In this document: piece after piece, positions 39,190 to 51,115 of the stretch
How the letters are laid out: each line of letters opens with the position of its first letter
How positions within the stretch are numbered: the stretch's first letter is position 1
Assembly (NCBI GenBank): GCA_964489445.1
Contig: CAZAYU010000001.1
Span: 375,968-439,967, forward strand
DNA from: an uncultured Planctomycetia bacterium
GTDB lineage: Bacteria; Omnitrophota; Gorgyraeia; Duberdicusellales; 4484-171
DNA: 64,000 bases
Direction: 5' to 3'
Notes under the pieces: generated by a model
The model's input: only the letters and a program-made list of their open reading frames with translations
Told to the model about the DNA's origin: nothing
Databases searched by the model: none
Made by a program: the position numbers and the translations under genes

Positions 39190-40053
39190 TTATAAAATTT
39201 TTGTTTTTCTTTCTTTGGATATTTTCACTAAATTATCAAAAAGAAAAAACGTTGTCAATTTTCCAACCCCACTACAGACCGGTGAAATAAAAGAAGCTTT
39301 TATTTTCGCTTTTTCAAATTCTACATCTCCTGTTATCTTCCCATTTTTACGACTAATTCCCACGTCAATAACTACCGCTCCATCTTTTATCCATTCTCCT
39401 TTAATTATTTCCGGCTCGCCCACCGCTGAAATTACTATGTCTGCGTTATTAATGTAAGCCGGCAAGTCTCCTTTTTCACTAGTAGCAATATTAGCAATGC
39501 TTAATGTGGCAAGTTTATTCCCCAACCAAAACAATAACGGTTTAGCCATTATTGAAGAAAAGCCAACAAGTGTAATTTTTTTTCCTCTATAATTTTCCGG
39601 TTTTTTTTCTAAAGCAATATCTAGTAGCTCCCTAACACTTCTTGCCGTAGGAGGCATTAACCCTGATCCGTTCATGAAAAACTTTCCAATATTAAAAGGA
39701 TGCATACCTTCGGGATCTTTATCCACGCAAAGACAAGAAAACACCTTCTCTTCCGGCCACCCACAAGGAAATGGTTTATTAAGAATAACTCCCGTTATAT
39801 TTGAGGAGCTGTTTAATTTTAGTAATTCTGCCTGAAAATCACAGAAAGAAATTTTTAAATCTAGATCTACAGGTTTATATTCTACTCCTAATTCTTGAGC
39901 CAACTTCTTTTGTGAGGCTCGATAAACATCGGCAGAAAAATCCCTGCCCAAAGCAACGGAAGCCAAGCAAAGATCAGAAGAGCTTTTGATAGATTTTTTA
40001 AGCTCCTGCTTTAAATAGTAATAATGTTCTTGAGCGTTTAAAATTACTGCCAT
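39190..40053 (-). CDS. folD: Methylene-THF dehydrogenase (FolD family, probably monofunctional)
   Basis: KDPEG.HP.N.G, ADIVISAVG, VIDVG, GDV, GVGKLT. Confidence 0.9.
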   Translation of the reverse strand: MAVILNAQEHYYYLKQELKKSIKSSSDLCLASVALGRDFSADVYRASQKKLAQELGVEYKPVDLDLKISFCDFQAELLKLNSSSNITGVILNKPFPCGWPEEKVFSCLCVDKDPEGMHPFNIGKFFMNGSGLMPPTARSVRELLDIALEKKPENYRGKKITLVGFSSIMAKPLLFWLGNKLATLSIANIATSEKGDLPAYINNADIVISAVGEPEIIKGEWIKDGAVVIDVGISRKNGKITGDVEFEKAKIKASFISPVCSGVGKLTTFFLFDNLVKISKERKTKIL

Positions 40054-40565
40054 TGCTTCAATACTCTTTTAAATTCATTAACTTTTTTATTCTTTTTCCC
40101 AAAAATAGCACTATTTGCCTCTAAATTCATAACACACCCTTTTAATGTGATTTTTAATAATTCACATCCGATCCAAAAATCACTAATTATGTTCTTTTTT
40201 ATGGCAGATTCAATCTTTTTCGCAAGTAAATATTCTTCAATACACTTCTGAGCGATATCTAAGACAATTTTTTCACTTTTTTCCAATAGCCTTTCTTTCT
40301 TTTTTCCTTTCTCTTGCAATATCTGCTTAAAAATCTCACCGTCAAGATCAATGTAGGCAGATACCTTATTTCTTGTATTTTTCAATGTTGCCAAATGCAC
40401 TTTTAAACTTTTCTGACTGGCAACTGAATAGTTAATCGCTTTTTCAATAAGCGCAGTCCCCAAACAAAACAATAAGCTTATCGCACTTCCCCCCCCAGGG
40501 GCTGGCTCTTTCTTCCCTAGGTCTTTTAAGTACTTTTTAAAACTACTAGCGTAATTATTCATCAA
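40044..40565 (-). CDS. Cyclodeaminase/cyclohydrolase family protein (FchA-like)
   Basis: L..L...EPAPGGGSA FTCD_C motif; overlaps the folD start. Confidence 0.82.
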   Translation of the reverse strand: MMNNYASSFKKYLKDLGKKEPAPGGGSAISLLFCLGTALIEKAINYSVASQKSLKVHLATLKNTRNKVSAYIDLDGEIFKQILQEKGKKKERLLEKSEKIVLDIAQKCIEEYLLAKKIESAIKKNIISDFWIGCELLKITLKGCVMNLEANSAIFGKKNKKVNEFKRVLKQWQ

Positions 40566-40620
40566 TTATTACAACCTAATTATGCTTTTTTAGCGTTATC
40601 TTTCATTAACTAAACGATAA

Positions 40621-41190
40621 CTATTTAAAATCCATAGAACAGGGACTAAAGCTTTTACGATGCAACGGCGTAATCTTACATTTTTTTAATAATGAAAAAT
40701 GATTAAGCGTGGGGTAGCCCTTATGCTGCTTAAACTTCCAACGGGGATATAAAAAATCTGCCGCATTCATAAAATAATCTCTGGTAACTTTAGCAATAAT
40801 TGATGCACAAGCTACCTCTTTTATCTTTTCGTCAGCTTTTTTTATGCACCTATATTTTATTTTTAACTCTGTGCGAAAAATATTACCATCAACAATAAAC
40901 TCCGCTTTTCTGAAAAAAGGAAATTTCGTCATCGCTGTGTCAATTGCCCGTTCAAAAGCTAAAAATGTAGCATTTAAAATATTTAGTTTATCAATTTCTC
41001 GAACAGAAGCTACACCTACAGAAAATTGTGCATTATCCATAAGCCACATGAATACTTCTTCCCTCTTTCCTTGAGAAAGTGCTTTAGAATCCTTAACCTT
41101 AAATGGAAATCCTCCATTAAGTCCTAATGCACACGCTACTACTGGCCCGGCTAGGGGCCCTCTCCCCGCTTCATCAATCCCAACAATCAT
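40621..41190 (-). CDS. rnhB: Ribonuclease HII
   Basis: GIDEAGRGPLAGPV, DSK, ASIIAKVTRD, HKGYPT. Confidence 0.97.
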   Translation of the reverse strand: MIVGIDEAGRGPLAGPVVACALGLNGGFPFKVKDSKALSQGKREEVFMWLMDNAQFSVGVASVREIDKLNILNATFLAFERAIDTAMTKFPFFRKAEFIVDGNIFRTELKIKYRCIKKADEKIKEVACASIIAKVTRDYFMNAADFLYPRWKFKQHKGYPTLNHFSLLKKCKITPLHRKSFSPCSMDFK

Positions 41191-41207
41191 TTACACTCTC
41201 TACAAAC

Positions 41208-41555
41208 TTACGCCGCAGTCGCCTTTTTGCCTACTCTTCCTCGGAGATAATATAATCTCTTCCGTCGCGGACGCCTTTTGCTTTTTTTCGTCACATTGAT
41301 CTTTTCAATATTCGGAGAATAATAAGGAAACGTTACCTCATAAGCTTCGCCGTAAGCTATTCTTCGCAAAGTGAACGACTTCCTGTGCATTGCTCCTTGA
41401 ATCTTGATTACAATTCCTTCTACTGGATGTAATCTTGTTTTTTCTTTTTCCCGGATCTTATAAAAAACCTTAATAATATCTCCGGAAGAAAATTCAGGAT
41501 AGTCTCTTTTTAGAGATTCCAGCATTTCCTTTTCAACCATTAAAAGCTTATCCAT
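41208..41555 (-). CDS. rplS: 50S ribosomal protein L19
   Basis: P.F..GD.IKV..KIRE..K.R, RRKRLYYLR; trmD-rplS-rnhB order. Confidence 0.93.
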   Translation of the reverse strand: MDKLLMVEKEMLESLKRDYPEFSSGDIIKVFYKIREKEKTRLHPVEGIVIKIQGAMHRKSFTLRRIAYGEAYEVTFPYYSPNIEKINVTKKSKRRPRRKRLYYLRGRVGKKATAA

Positions 41556-41638
41556 TTATCCACCTCCATATTTTGCAACACAATAAAGAATACAGTTCGC
41601 TGTCCAATCTTTATGGACTTTCTCTTCTTAACCTCAAC

Positions 41639-42361
41639 CTAAACCTTATCCTTTTCTTCCTTTATCTTCTCTATCAAATCCGGCCTTCTTTTTTTTGTTA
41701 TTTCCTGCGCCTGTTTTTTGCGCCAAGCATCTATTTCTTTGTGGTTTCCGGAAAGTAATACTTCCGGCACCTTAAGACCACGAAATTCTGCTGGCCTTGT
41801 ATAATGAGGAAAGTCTAGAATAGTATTTTCAAAACTCTCATTTTCAATTGATTGCTTATCAGAAACAACCCCAGGAATCAAACGAATCAAAGCATCAATA
41901 AATACCATCGCTGCTAACTCTCCACCACTTAAAATATAATCACCCAGCGAAATTTCTTCATCAACTAGATAATCAACAACACGATTATCTACTCCTTCGT
42001 AACGAGGGGCAATAAGCACTAACCTCTCATAATTTAAAAATTCTCTTATTGTTTTCTGCTTTAAGGTCTTCCCTTTCGGGCTAAACAAAATAACTCTTTC
42101 TGCTTTGTTTTCCTGCTTCTTTGGGTAGACATCTCTGTTTAAAATATTTTCTACAGCCTTAAACAAAGGTTCGGCCTTGAAAACCATTCCTCCTCCCCCA
42201 TAAGAAAGATCATCTACTTTTTTGTGCGAATCAATTACTTGATCACGTAAATTATGAATATTAATCTTAACTAGCCCTTTTTCCTGTGCTATTCTAGGAA
42301 TAGATTCGTTAAGAACGGGTGAAAACATTTCCGGAAAAATTGTAACAACATCAAGAATCAT
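41639..42361 (-). CDS. trmD: tRNA (guanine37-N1)-methyltransferase
   Basis: TIFPEMF, RYEGVD.R, SLGDYILSGGE, PHYTRP. Confidence 0.97.
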   Translation of the reverse strand: MILDVVTIFPEMFSPVLNESIPRIAQEKGLVKINIHNLRDQVIDSHKKVDDLSYGGGGMVFKAEPLFKAVENILNRDVYPKKQENKAERVILFSPKGKTLKQKTIREFLNYERLVLIAPRYEGVDNRVVDYLVDEEISLGDYILSGGELAAMVFIDALIRLIPGVVSDKQSIENESFENTILDFPHYTRPAEFRGLKVPEVLLSGNHKEIDAWRKKQAQEITKKRRPDLIEKIKEEKDKV

Positions 42362-42372
42362 AATTTAATAAA

Positions 42373-43500
<1,128 letters not shown>

Positions 43501-43554
43501 TTAAAATAACCTCCCCCTTAAACAATTGTTGTATACATATCTGAGCATATAATT

Positions 43555-44580
43555 CTAAAATAATTTTTCTTCGGATAGCTCTTTGTAGGGAATATTTAAG
43601 TGACGATAAGAATTTCTAGCTGCAATTCTTCCGCGAGGGCTGCGGATAATAAATCCCTTCTTGAGCAAATAAGGCTCCACCACATCTTCTAGTGTCTGTC
43701 TGTCCTCGCCCAAAGAAGCAGTAATTGCTTCAATTCCTACTGGTCCACCAGAATAAAGTTCAATTATCACATTAAGATATTTTCTGTCTAAGTCATCTAG
43801 CCCTTGAGAATCAACTTGTATCTGCTCTAGTGCTTTGTGAGTAATTTCTAATTCAATTTTTCCCTTTGCTTTTACTTGAGCATAATCTCTTACCCGCTTA
43901 AGAAGACGATTACAAAGACGTGGCGAACCACGTGACCGAGATGCAATCTCTAAAGCACTGGGTTCATCAATACACACGTCAAGAAGTTTAGCACTTCGCT
44001 TAGCTATTAATGACAACTCTTCGGGAAGATAAAAATCAAAATCAAAAAAAATACCAAACCTTCCTCGTAAAGGAGCGCTCAACAAACCCTTCCTAGTAGT
44101 CGCACCAATAAGCGTAAATGGTTTAAGATTAAATTTAACACTCTTAGCATAAGGGCCTTTATCAATAACAAAATCTATTTGAAAAGTTTCCATTGCTGGA
44201 TAAAGAAACTCTTCAATCACCTTAGAAAGCCGATGAATTTCATCAATAAACAATACATCTCCCGCTTCCAGATTAGTTAAAATCCCCACTAAATCTCCGG
44301 CCCTCTCAATTGCTGGACCACTAGTTGCGGTAAGCCGAGAATTCATTTCCCGAGTTACACAATAGGCGAGAGAAGTTTTGCCTAACCCCGGAGGACCAGA
44401 TAAAAGAAGATGTTCTAGCGGTTCTTCTCGTTGTTTTGCAGCTGCTACAGAAATTTCTAAAGAAGAAATAACCTTTTTTTGCCCAATAAAATCTGTTATA
44501 TTCTGCGGGCGCAGAGAAAGATTAATAACCTTTTCTTCTTCACTTTCCTTTAAGTAATCCATAACCTTTTCTTCACTCAT
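43555..44580 (-). CDS. ruvB: Holliday junction branch migration helicase RuvB
   Basis: LRP, GPPGLGKT, FIDEIHRL, GATTR, EPYL. Confidence 0.97.
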   Translation of the reverse strand: MSEEKVMDYLKESEEEKVINLSLRPQNITDFIGQKKVISSLEISVAAAKQREEPLEHLLLSGPPGLGKTSLAYCVTREMNSRLTATSGPAIERAGDLVGILTNLEAGDVLFIDEIHRLSKVIEEFLYPAMETFQIDFVIDKGPYAKSVKFNLKPFTLIGATTRKGLLSAPLRGRFGIFFDFDFYLPEELSLIAKRSAKLLDVCIDEPSALEIASRSRGSPRLCNRLLKRVRDYAQVKAKGKIELEITHKALEQIQVDSQGLDDLDRKYLNVIIELYSGGPVGIEAITASLGEDRQTLEDVVEPYLLKKGFIIRSPRGRIAARNSYRHLNIPYKELSEEKLF

Positions 44581-44655
44581 TATTTTAAATATTTCAATTG
44601 GTTAATAACTCTTTTCGGCATATTTTACAATTTCGCTTTCACGTTGACACCCGGA

Positions 44656-45387
44656 TTATAAATCACTTTCTTGTGATACTGTTTCTTTATTTTCTAAATA
44701 AATACTCCGAGTAATTAAGATTTGGCCAAAAAGCTCTTCTTGGACAGCAGCGACTTCTTTCATCTTAATCAACTCTAATATTGCCAAAAAAGTAACCACT
44801 ACTTCTAATTTGCTTCTTGCCGAAGTAAACAAATCAGCTAACAGCATTTTTCCTTTTTCTAGAACAAGGTGTAGCAAATCATGGATTTTCTCTTCAACTG
44901 TAAATTCGTCTTTAGCTACTTCAAAAAATATATCTTTAGGTACTTCTTTTAACGCAGTTTTAAATGCATTGATTAAATCAAATATCGAAGCCTCGATATA
45001 AACTTCACCTTTGGAAGAATCAAATGCCGGACGATTAAAATACTTATTCCTTTCTAATTCTTTACCTCTTAAGAATTCTGCTGCTTCTTTAAACTTATCA
45101 TACTCCAAAAGCCTTCTTACTAGCTCATCCCGAGGATCTTCTTCTTCGGCTTCTGGTTCTTCTTTTTTAGGAAGAAGCATCTTAGATTTAATATTGATTA
45201 AAGTCGCAGCCATTACCAAATACTCTGAAGCTAAATTAATATCCAATAACTTCATTAACTCTAAAAATTGTAAGTACTGATCAACCACTTTAGTTATCGA
45301 TACATCCTGAACATTGAGGTGATCCTTTTTGATCAAATAGATTAATAAATCTAACGGCCCCTCAAAAATGTCTAACTTTATTTTCAT
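44656..45387 (-). CDS. scpA: Segregation and condensation protein A
   Basis: FEGPLDLL, YLVMAATL..IKS, TFLAILEL, Q..LFG.I. Confidence 0.96.
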   Translation of the reverse strand: MKIKLDIFEGPLDLLIYLIKKDHLNVQDVSITKVVDQYLQFLELMKLLDINLASEYLVMAATLINIKSKMLLPKKEEPEAEEEDPRDELVRRLLEYDKFKEAAEFLRGKELERNKYFNRPAFDSSKGEVYIEASIFDLINAFKTALKEVPKDIFFEVAKDEFTVEEKIHDLLHLVLEKGKMLLADLFTSARSKLEVVVTFLAILELIKMKEVAAVQEELFGQILITRSIYLENKETVSQESDL

Positions 45388-45514
45388 TTTATTTCGTTAA
45401 AAATCTAATAGTAATCTTTATGAATTATCTGTGTTTTTATTTTTCTCCCCTTCTCTTCCATTATTTCTCATCCATTCATTCTTTCTATCCTTATAAAGTT
45501 GTTACCTCTTTTTT

Positions 45515-46789
45515 CTAAGGACCACAACAAACTGTAATCTGATAACCATGGCCACTATCCCCCGTCCTACTATCATCAAGATTACTAAAAAATCCTATTG
45601 TTTTCGGACCTTCTTTGGTTGGCGCCCAAGAAGGACAATCATGTCCCGTCCTTTTTAATACGCAGAAACCACCAGATAACTGCCCAAAATCTTTCCAACT
45701 GAATGCATCATGGTAATTGAATTTATCATCATCCGTATTATAGATAAGTGATCCTTCCGCGGGATTTGGAATCGCATCCCGTTTATTTTTAGCCATCCGA
45801 GGAGGAACAAACCCACTGGTAGTAGAAGTTATATCAAGTACTGCTTTAGGGTCTGTCGTTCCAATGCCGACATTGCCCTCTCTTTTTATGATCATTTGTG
45901 TAGTTTGAGGCTGCGCTGCAGCAGGCCATTTGGGGGTAGTCACAAAATGTAAATCTTGAAGAACTCCGATAGCAAAATCCCCCTTTTTCATATCACTGCC
46001 AAAAGCCGTATCGTATGTTCCTGTGCCCAACCAGCCACCACCATTAGAACCAGGAATACCACTACCTGAACTTTCAAACCAAAGCCCAGCTGTCTTTGCT
46101 TCTCCTCCGTCCGGCAAAGTGGTCCCGTCAGCAATAAAAACAGCTGTGTAATCAAGGCCTCCAATATTTTTTCCTATTACCTGAAGCACTGGTTCTGGTG
46201 AACCAGACCCATCCTTACTAGTAATTATTACATTTGCTCCCGGATAAGTGTTGCGAACAGAGTCTGTAGCCCGAAAATAATGCCGTTCAGCATCATAATA
46301 TATGGAATTAGACACGGAGGTACCATTTCCGTCTTTACCATATGAACCAAAAATCTCCATGTTTGTCCCGCCGTTTCCATCTGTATGACCAAAAGTTATA
46401 GTATCATTGCTTTGCCTTGCACCACTATTTCCAGAAACAAGGAGAAAGGTTCCATCAGGATTACTTGAGTTTGTATAAGAAGCACTCAATAAATAATTTG
46501 AGGCGTTTGTAGTACCGATTCCTAATCCATTAGCTATCAATGCCTGACCTCTTTTATCTAAATCAGTAGGATCAGGGGCATCATCAATATCTATATCTCC
46601 GCTGGCATTAGTATCTCCTACGCCTAAAGTTCTAGTTACTAAACGGTTATACACACCAAAAGGCGCAGGGTAATAAGTAATAATTGTAATTCTTTCTTCA
46701 GGGATGGTTGTTTGGGCAAAAGAAAAAATAGGAAACATCAAGAAAGATAAAAGCATAAACAATAAACAAAATATTAATCTTTTATTCAT
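45515..46789 (-). CDS. TYYPAP(F)G-family secreted fibre/adhesin copy D
   Basis: Signal peptide, EERITIITYYPAPFGVY, GNVGIGT, LDITSTTSGFVPPRM..R..I..P..GSLIYN, YHDAFSWKDFG neck, small Cys-rich tip; start at ATG 46789. Confidence 0.75.
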   Translation of the reverse strand: MNKRLIFCLLFMLLSFLMFPIFSFAQTTIPEERITIITYYPAPFGVYNRLVTRTLGVGDTNASGDIDIDDAPDPTDLDKRGQALIANGLGIGTTNASNYLLSASYTNSSNPDGTFLLVSGNSGARQSNDTITFGHTDGNGGTNMEIFGSYGKDGNGTSVSNSIYYDAERHYFRATDSVRNTYPGANVIITSKDGSGSPEPVLQVIGKNIGGLDYTAVFIADGTTLPDGGEAKTAGLWFESSGSGIPGSNGGGWLGTGTYDTAFGSDMKKGDFAIGVLQDLHFVTTPKWPAAAQPQTTQMIIKREGNVGIGTTDPKAVLDITSTTSGFVPPRMAKNKRDAIPNPAEGSLIYNTDDDKFNYHDAFSWKDFGQLSGGFCVLKRTGHDCPSWAPTKEGPKTIGFFSNLDDSRTGDSGHGYQITVCCGP

Positions 46790-46822
46790 TATTTTTCCCT
46801 CCTTTTTTTTACACATTTACAC

Positions 46823-47806
46823 CTATAATTTTATTATCTCTTTTACCTCTTTTAAAGTCTCAGCGGCAACTTTTCTTGCCTTTTTTCTACCGTCTTCAAG
46901 CACATCAAGAATATAGTTTCTATCTTTTAAAAATTGTGTTTTTTTCTGCCGATGAGAACTGACAAATTTCTCAAGAGTTTCTGCTAGAATTGTTTTACAT
47001 TCACGACAACCTTGCTTTGCAGTTTTACAAAGAGTTTTAATTTCTTTTGCACATTGACAATTAAATATTAAATGATAATTAAACACATTACATTTATCAG
47101 GGTGGCCTGGATCATTCTTAAATTTTCTTTCCGGATCAGTAAACATTGATAAAACTTTTTTCTTAAGACTTTCCGGATGTTCATCCAGGGCAATATAATT
47201 ATTATAACTTTTACTCATTTTTCTACCGTCAATTCCTAATAAACGTGCAGACACGGTAAGCATCGCTTGAGGCTCAATAAATACTTCTTTTTTATATATT
47301 GAATGAAACCGCCTTACAATCTCCCGGCATAATTCTAAATGTGGAAGCTGATCTTCTCCGACCGGAACAAAATTAGCTTTGTATAGAATAATATCTGCAC
47401 TCTGCAACGCTGGATAACCAAAAAAAGCATAAGTGTTTACATCTTTATCTTTAAGCTGTTTAACCTGCTCTTTAAATGTTGGACAACGCGAAAGCCAGCC
47501 TAAAGGAGTAATCGCTGATAAAATCATAAACAACTCTATGTGCTCCGGAACATGAGATTGAATAAAAATTACACAGTCTGAAGGATTAATTCCATAGCTT
47601 AACCAATCAGCAACATTATCAATAGAAGTTTTATTGATGTCTGAAGGATTACGATATTCACTCATAAAAGCATGCCAATTGGCCACCATAAAAAAACAAT
47701 CATGCTCTTCTTGTAACTTAATCCAATTATTTAATGCACCTACCCAATGCCCTAAGTGTAATTTTCCAGTAGGACGCATTCCGCTTAATACTATTTTTTT
47801 ATTCAT
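46823..47806 (-). CDS. trpS: Tryptophan-tRNA ligase
   Basis: SGMRPTGKLHLGH, VPVGEDQ, KMSKS. Confidence 0.97.
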   Translation of the reverse strand: MNKKIVLSGMRPTGKLHLGHWVGALNNWIKLQEEHDCFFMVANWHAFMSEYRNPSDINKTSIDNVADWLSYGINPSDCVIFIQSHVPEHIELFMILSAITPLGWLSRCPTFKEQVKQLKDKDVNTYAFFGYPALQSADIILYKANFVPVGEDQLPHLELCREIVRRFHSIYKKEVFIEPQAMLTVSARLLGIDGRKMSKSYNNYIALDEHPESLKKKVLSMFTDPERKFKNDPGHPDKCNVFNYHLIFNCQCAKEIKTLCKTAKQGCRECKTILAETLEKFVSSHRQKKTQFLKDRNYILDVLEDGRKKARKVAAETLKEVKEIIKL

Positions 47807-47849
47807 TTAAATTTATTACTTGGTAATATTATACGTTCGGTCCTCATAA

Positions 47850-49757
47850 CTATTTTAAGCGCCGGATAACAGTTTCTTCATTAAAAATATCAATAATGTC
47901 TCCTGCCTTAACTCCGTCATAACCAACACTTATGCCGCATTCAAACCCCTCAATGACTTCCTTGACGTCGTCTTTAAATCTTTTCAATGTTTTTAGCTTT
48001 CCTTTAAAAACAACCTCATTGTTCCGAGAAACTTCTGCAAGAACTCCGCGCAATATTTTTCCTTTATCTACCAGACATCCAGCGATAATACCACTTTTGG
48101 AAAGCTTGAATACAGTTTTTACTTTTGCTCTTCCCACAAATATTCTTTTAACATGCGGAGTAAGTAGCCCCTCTAACGCTGCTTTTACATCATCAATTAA
48201 TTCATAAACAATTTGATAAGATCTTAGCTCGATTCCCTTTTTCTTACCTAATTCCCTTACTTGACTATTTATTGAAACCTTGAATCCAACAATAATGGAA
48301 TCAGTTACCTCTGCCAATAAAACATCGGAAGAATTAACAGAACCTACTCCTTTATGAGATATTACTAGCTCTACTTCATTAGAAGGTATTTTTCCTAAGG
48401 CTTCTTCTACCGCCTCTAAGGTTCCACCTACGTCCGCCTTTAGAATTATTTTTAGCTGTTTTAAGTTTTCTTCCTGCATTTTTTTGTTTAAATCTTCCAA
48501 CTTTAAGTGTACTATCGGAGTAATTTTTTTCTGCTTTTCTTCATCTCTCCTCTTTTGTGCAATTGCCTTTGCTTTTTTTTCATCAGGAACAACAAAAATT
48601 TGTTCTCCGGGATTAGGAAGACCATTTAAACCTAAAATTTCAGCCGGATGAGAAGGATAAATACTCTTTAGCGCGCGGCCACAATCATCATGCATTGCTT
48701 TAATTCTCCCCCAATAAAGACCACAAACACACCAGTTGCCTAATTTTAGCTCGCCCTCTTTAATCAAAACAGACACCAACGCTCCTTTACCTTTAGACAA
48801 TCTTGATTCAACAATAATTCCTACTGCCGGGCGCTTAAAATCTGCTTTTAACTCCATGACATCCGCATGAAGAGATATTAATTCCAAGAGTTCAGGAATA
48901 TTCTTGCCAGTTTTAGCAGAAACTCCGACTGTTGTCACTTTTCCACCCCAGTCTTCAGGGGCAAGATCATGTTTAGAAAGCTGCTGTTTAACCATATCTA
49001 AATCAGCATGCGGTTTATCTATCTTATTGATTGCCACAATAATTTCTACTTCAGCAGCCCTAGCATGATCTATAGCTTCTACGGTCTGCGGCTTAATTCC
49101 TTCATCTGCTGCAATTACCACAACAACAATATCGGTGATATTAGCTCCCCTAGCTCGCATAGCCGTGAAGGTTTCATGCCCAGGTGTATCTAAAAAAGTA
49201 ATGTCTCCTTTTTCTAGGCTAACACGATAAGCGCCTATATGCTGGGTTATACCGCCAGTCTCTTTTTCAACGATTTTACTGCTCCGGACATAATCAAGAA
49301 TACTAGTCTTGCCATGATCAATGTGCCCCATAAAAGTAACTATTGGCGCCCTTTTTTGTAAGTTTTTTGATTTTACTGTTAGGATTTTTTCCTCTTGAGA
49401 AAGTTTTTCTTTTAAATTAACTTTATATTCATAGGCAATTTCGGAAGCTGTTTTTTTGTCAAGATTCTGGTTAATTGTAAAAAACCTTCTTTTTTTTATA
49501 AAATCACTTAACAAAACCGATGATTTTTTATTCAGCTTTACTGCTAAATCTTTGACAGTAATCGGAAAATTAACCTCTATAACATTTTGCGCTATTTCTT
49601 TTCTGTTTAAATCTTCTAGCTCGTGCTTAATAACTTCAGCAGTTTCTTTGTCCACGCTAGACATGTGATTTTTTATAGGAAAATTTAAAGACTTTAGTTT
49701 CTTTATTAACTCTTTAGCATCTATCTTTAAATCTTTGGCTAATTCATATATTCTCAT
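47850..49757 (-). CDS. infB: Translation initiation factor IF-2 (short form)
   Basis: [30 protein letters not shown]; start at ATG 49757. Confidence 0.97.
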   Translation of the reverse strand: MRIYELAKDLKIDAKELIKKLKSLNFPIKNHMSSVDKETAEVIKHELEDLNRKEIAQNVIEVNFPITVKDLAVKLNKKSSVLLSDFIKKRRFFTINQNLDKKTASEIAYEYKVNLKEKLSQEEKILTVKSKNLQKRAPIVTFMGHIDHGKTSILDYVRSSKIVEKETGGITQHIGAYRVSLEKGDITFLDTPGHETFTAMRARGANITDIVVVVIAADEGIKPQTVEAIDHARAAEVEIIVAINKIDKPHADLDMVKQQLSKHDLAPEDWGGKVTTVGVSAKTGKNIPELLELISLHADVMELKADFKRPAVGIIVESRLSKGKGALVSVLIKEGELKLGNWCVCGLYWGRIKAMHDDCGRALKSIYPSHPAEILGLNGLPNPGEQIFVVPDEKKAKAIAQKRRDEEKQKKITPIVHLKLEDLNKKMQEENLKQLKIILKADVGGTLEAVEEALGKIPSNEVELVISHKGVGSVNSSDVLLAEVTDSIIVGFKVSINSQVRELGKKKGIELRSYQIVYELIDDVKAALEGLLTPHVKRIFVGRAKVKTVFKLSKSGIIAGCLVDKGKILRGVLAEVSRNNEVVFKGKLKTLKRFKDDVKEVIEGFECGISVGYDGVKAGDIIDIFNEETVIRRLK

Positions 49758-49937
49758 ATTAAATTCCCCCTTCTCCAATAAATGGAGCTCCTTGGATTTT
49801 TTCAACCCATAGTTTTAAGATACCGCGTCACAAAAAATAAATAGCATTTTGCACCTGCTTCTTGCCCTTGAGCATAAGGGTCAAAAATTCAACTCTCAAG
49901 ATATAACTTCGTCATTTTAACGTTTCATTCTATTTAA

Positions 49938-51101
49938 TTATTCGTCATTTTTTTTATTAAGACTAATGTCAGATATTACCTTCTTAGCTTCTTGGATTAT
50001 ACCCACAGCTTTTTTCTTGCCAATTCCTTTAAGCTTAGCAAGATCTCGTTCGGAAGCTTTCGCTAAAACTCCTAAATTATTATACCCCTCATCCACTAAT
50101 ACTTCTGCCGCTTTCTGCCCAACAGCTTTAAGCTTTAGTAATTCATTAACACTTTCTTTAATGCTTTCTCTTGATCGAACATCAATCGCCCAACCAACCA
50201 AGTTTGATGCTAAGCGAACGTTTTGTCCTCTTTTACCAATGGCCAAAGACAGCTGATCAGTAGCGACTAAAACCTTGGCTTTTTTGTCTTCTCTTTTTAG
50301 CTCGATCATTGAAACAACTGCAGGAGAAAGTGACGCTTTGATGAACTCTTTAATATCTTGACTCCATCTTATAATATCAATCTTTTCGCCACGTAATTCA
50401 TCAATTATATTTTTTACTCTCGATCCCCGAATCCCCACACAAGCGCCTACACAATCTATCTTTTCATCTTTAGAAACAACCGCTATCTTTGTCCGCTCCC
50501 CAGGGCTACGGGCAATTGATTTTATTTCTACTATTCCTTCGCAAATTTCCGGAACTTCTAAGTCAAATAATTTTTTTACCAACCCTTCGTGTTTGCGCGA
50601 AAGAATTATCTGTACCCCTCTATCTCTCTTAACTTCATATATAAAAGATCTAACCCTCTCGCCCAGTCTAAATCGATCTAACGGTGAGAGAAAAGATTGC
50701 GGAATAATTCCTTCAGCTTTACCCATCAAGTCAACAATAATTGCTTTTTTTTCTAAACGGTAAACTATACCACTAACAATACTGCCCTCTTTATCTTTAT
50801 ACTCACTGTAAATATTATTTTTTTCAGCCTCTCTTATTTTTTGGATAATAACCTGTCTCGCTGTTTGAGCGGCTATCCTTCCAAACTCGCTAGATAATAC
50901 CTCTTCTCCATCCACATAGATATTTATATCTCCCCGGGAAGGATCAATCTCCACCCGTATATCTTCTTCCTGCGAAGCTGTCTTTACAATTCTTTTTGCC
51001 GCAATAGCTAACGCACTCTTTACAGCATCAAGCAACACTTCCTTATCTATTCCCTTTTCCCTTTCTATCTGCGCTAATACACTTAATAACTCTTTTCCCA
51101 C
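49938..51101 (-). CDS. nusA: Transcription termination factor NusA
   Basis: FGRIAAQTARQ, S1/KH domains, AIGKRGQNVRLA, C-terminal HhH. Confidence 0.97.
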   Translation of the reverse strand: MGKELLSVLAQIEREKGIDKEVLLDAVKSALAIAAKRIVKTASQEEDIRVEIDPSRGDINIYVDGEEVLSSEFGRIAAQTARQVIIQKIREAEKNNIYSEYKDKEGSIVSGIVYRLEKKAIIVDLMGKAEGIIPQSFLSPLDRFRLGERVRSFIYEVKRDRGVQIILSRKHEGLVKKLFDLEVPEICEGIVEIKSIARSPGERTKIAVVSKDEKIDCVGACVGIRGSRVKNIIDELRGEKIDIIRWSQDIKEFIKASLSPAVVSMIELKREDKKAKVLVATDQLSLAIGKRGQNVRLASNLVGWAIDVRSRESIKESVNELLKLKAVGQKAAEVLVDEGYNNLGVLAKASERDLAKLKGIGKKKAVGIIQEAKKVISDISLNKKNDE

Positions 51102-51115
51102 TTTCTAAACCTCCT

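Noticed and set aside
49806-49937. ylxR gene or regulatory RNA between nusA and infB
   Set aside because: No open frame of suitable length; only one short hairpin (CCCTT..AAGGG)
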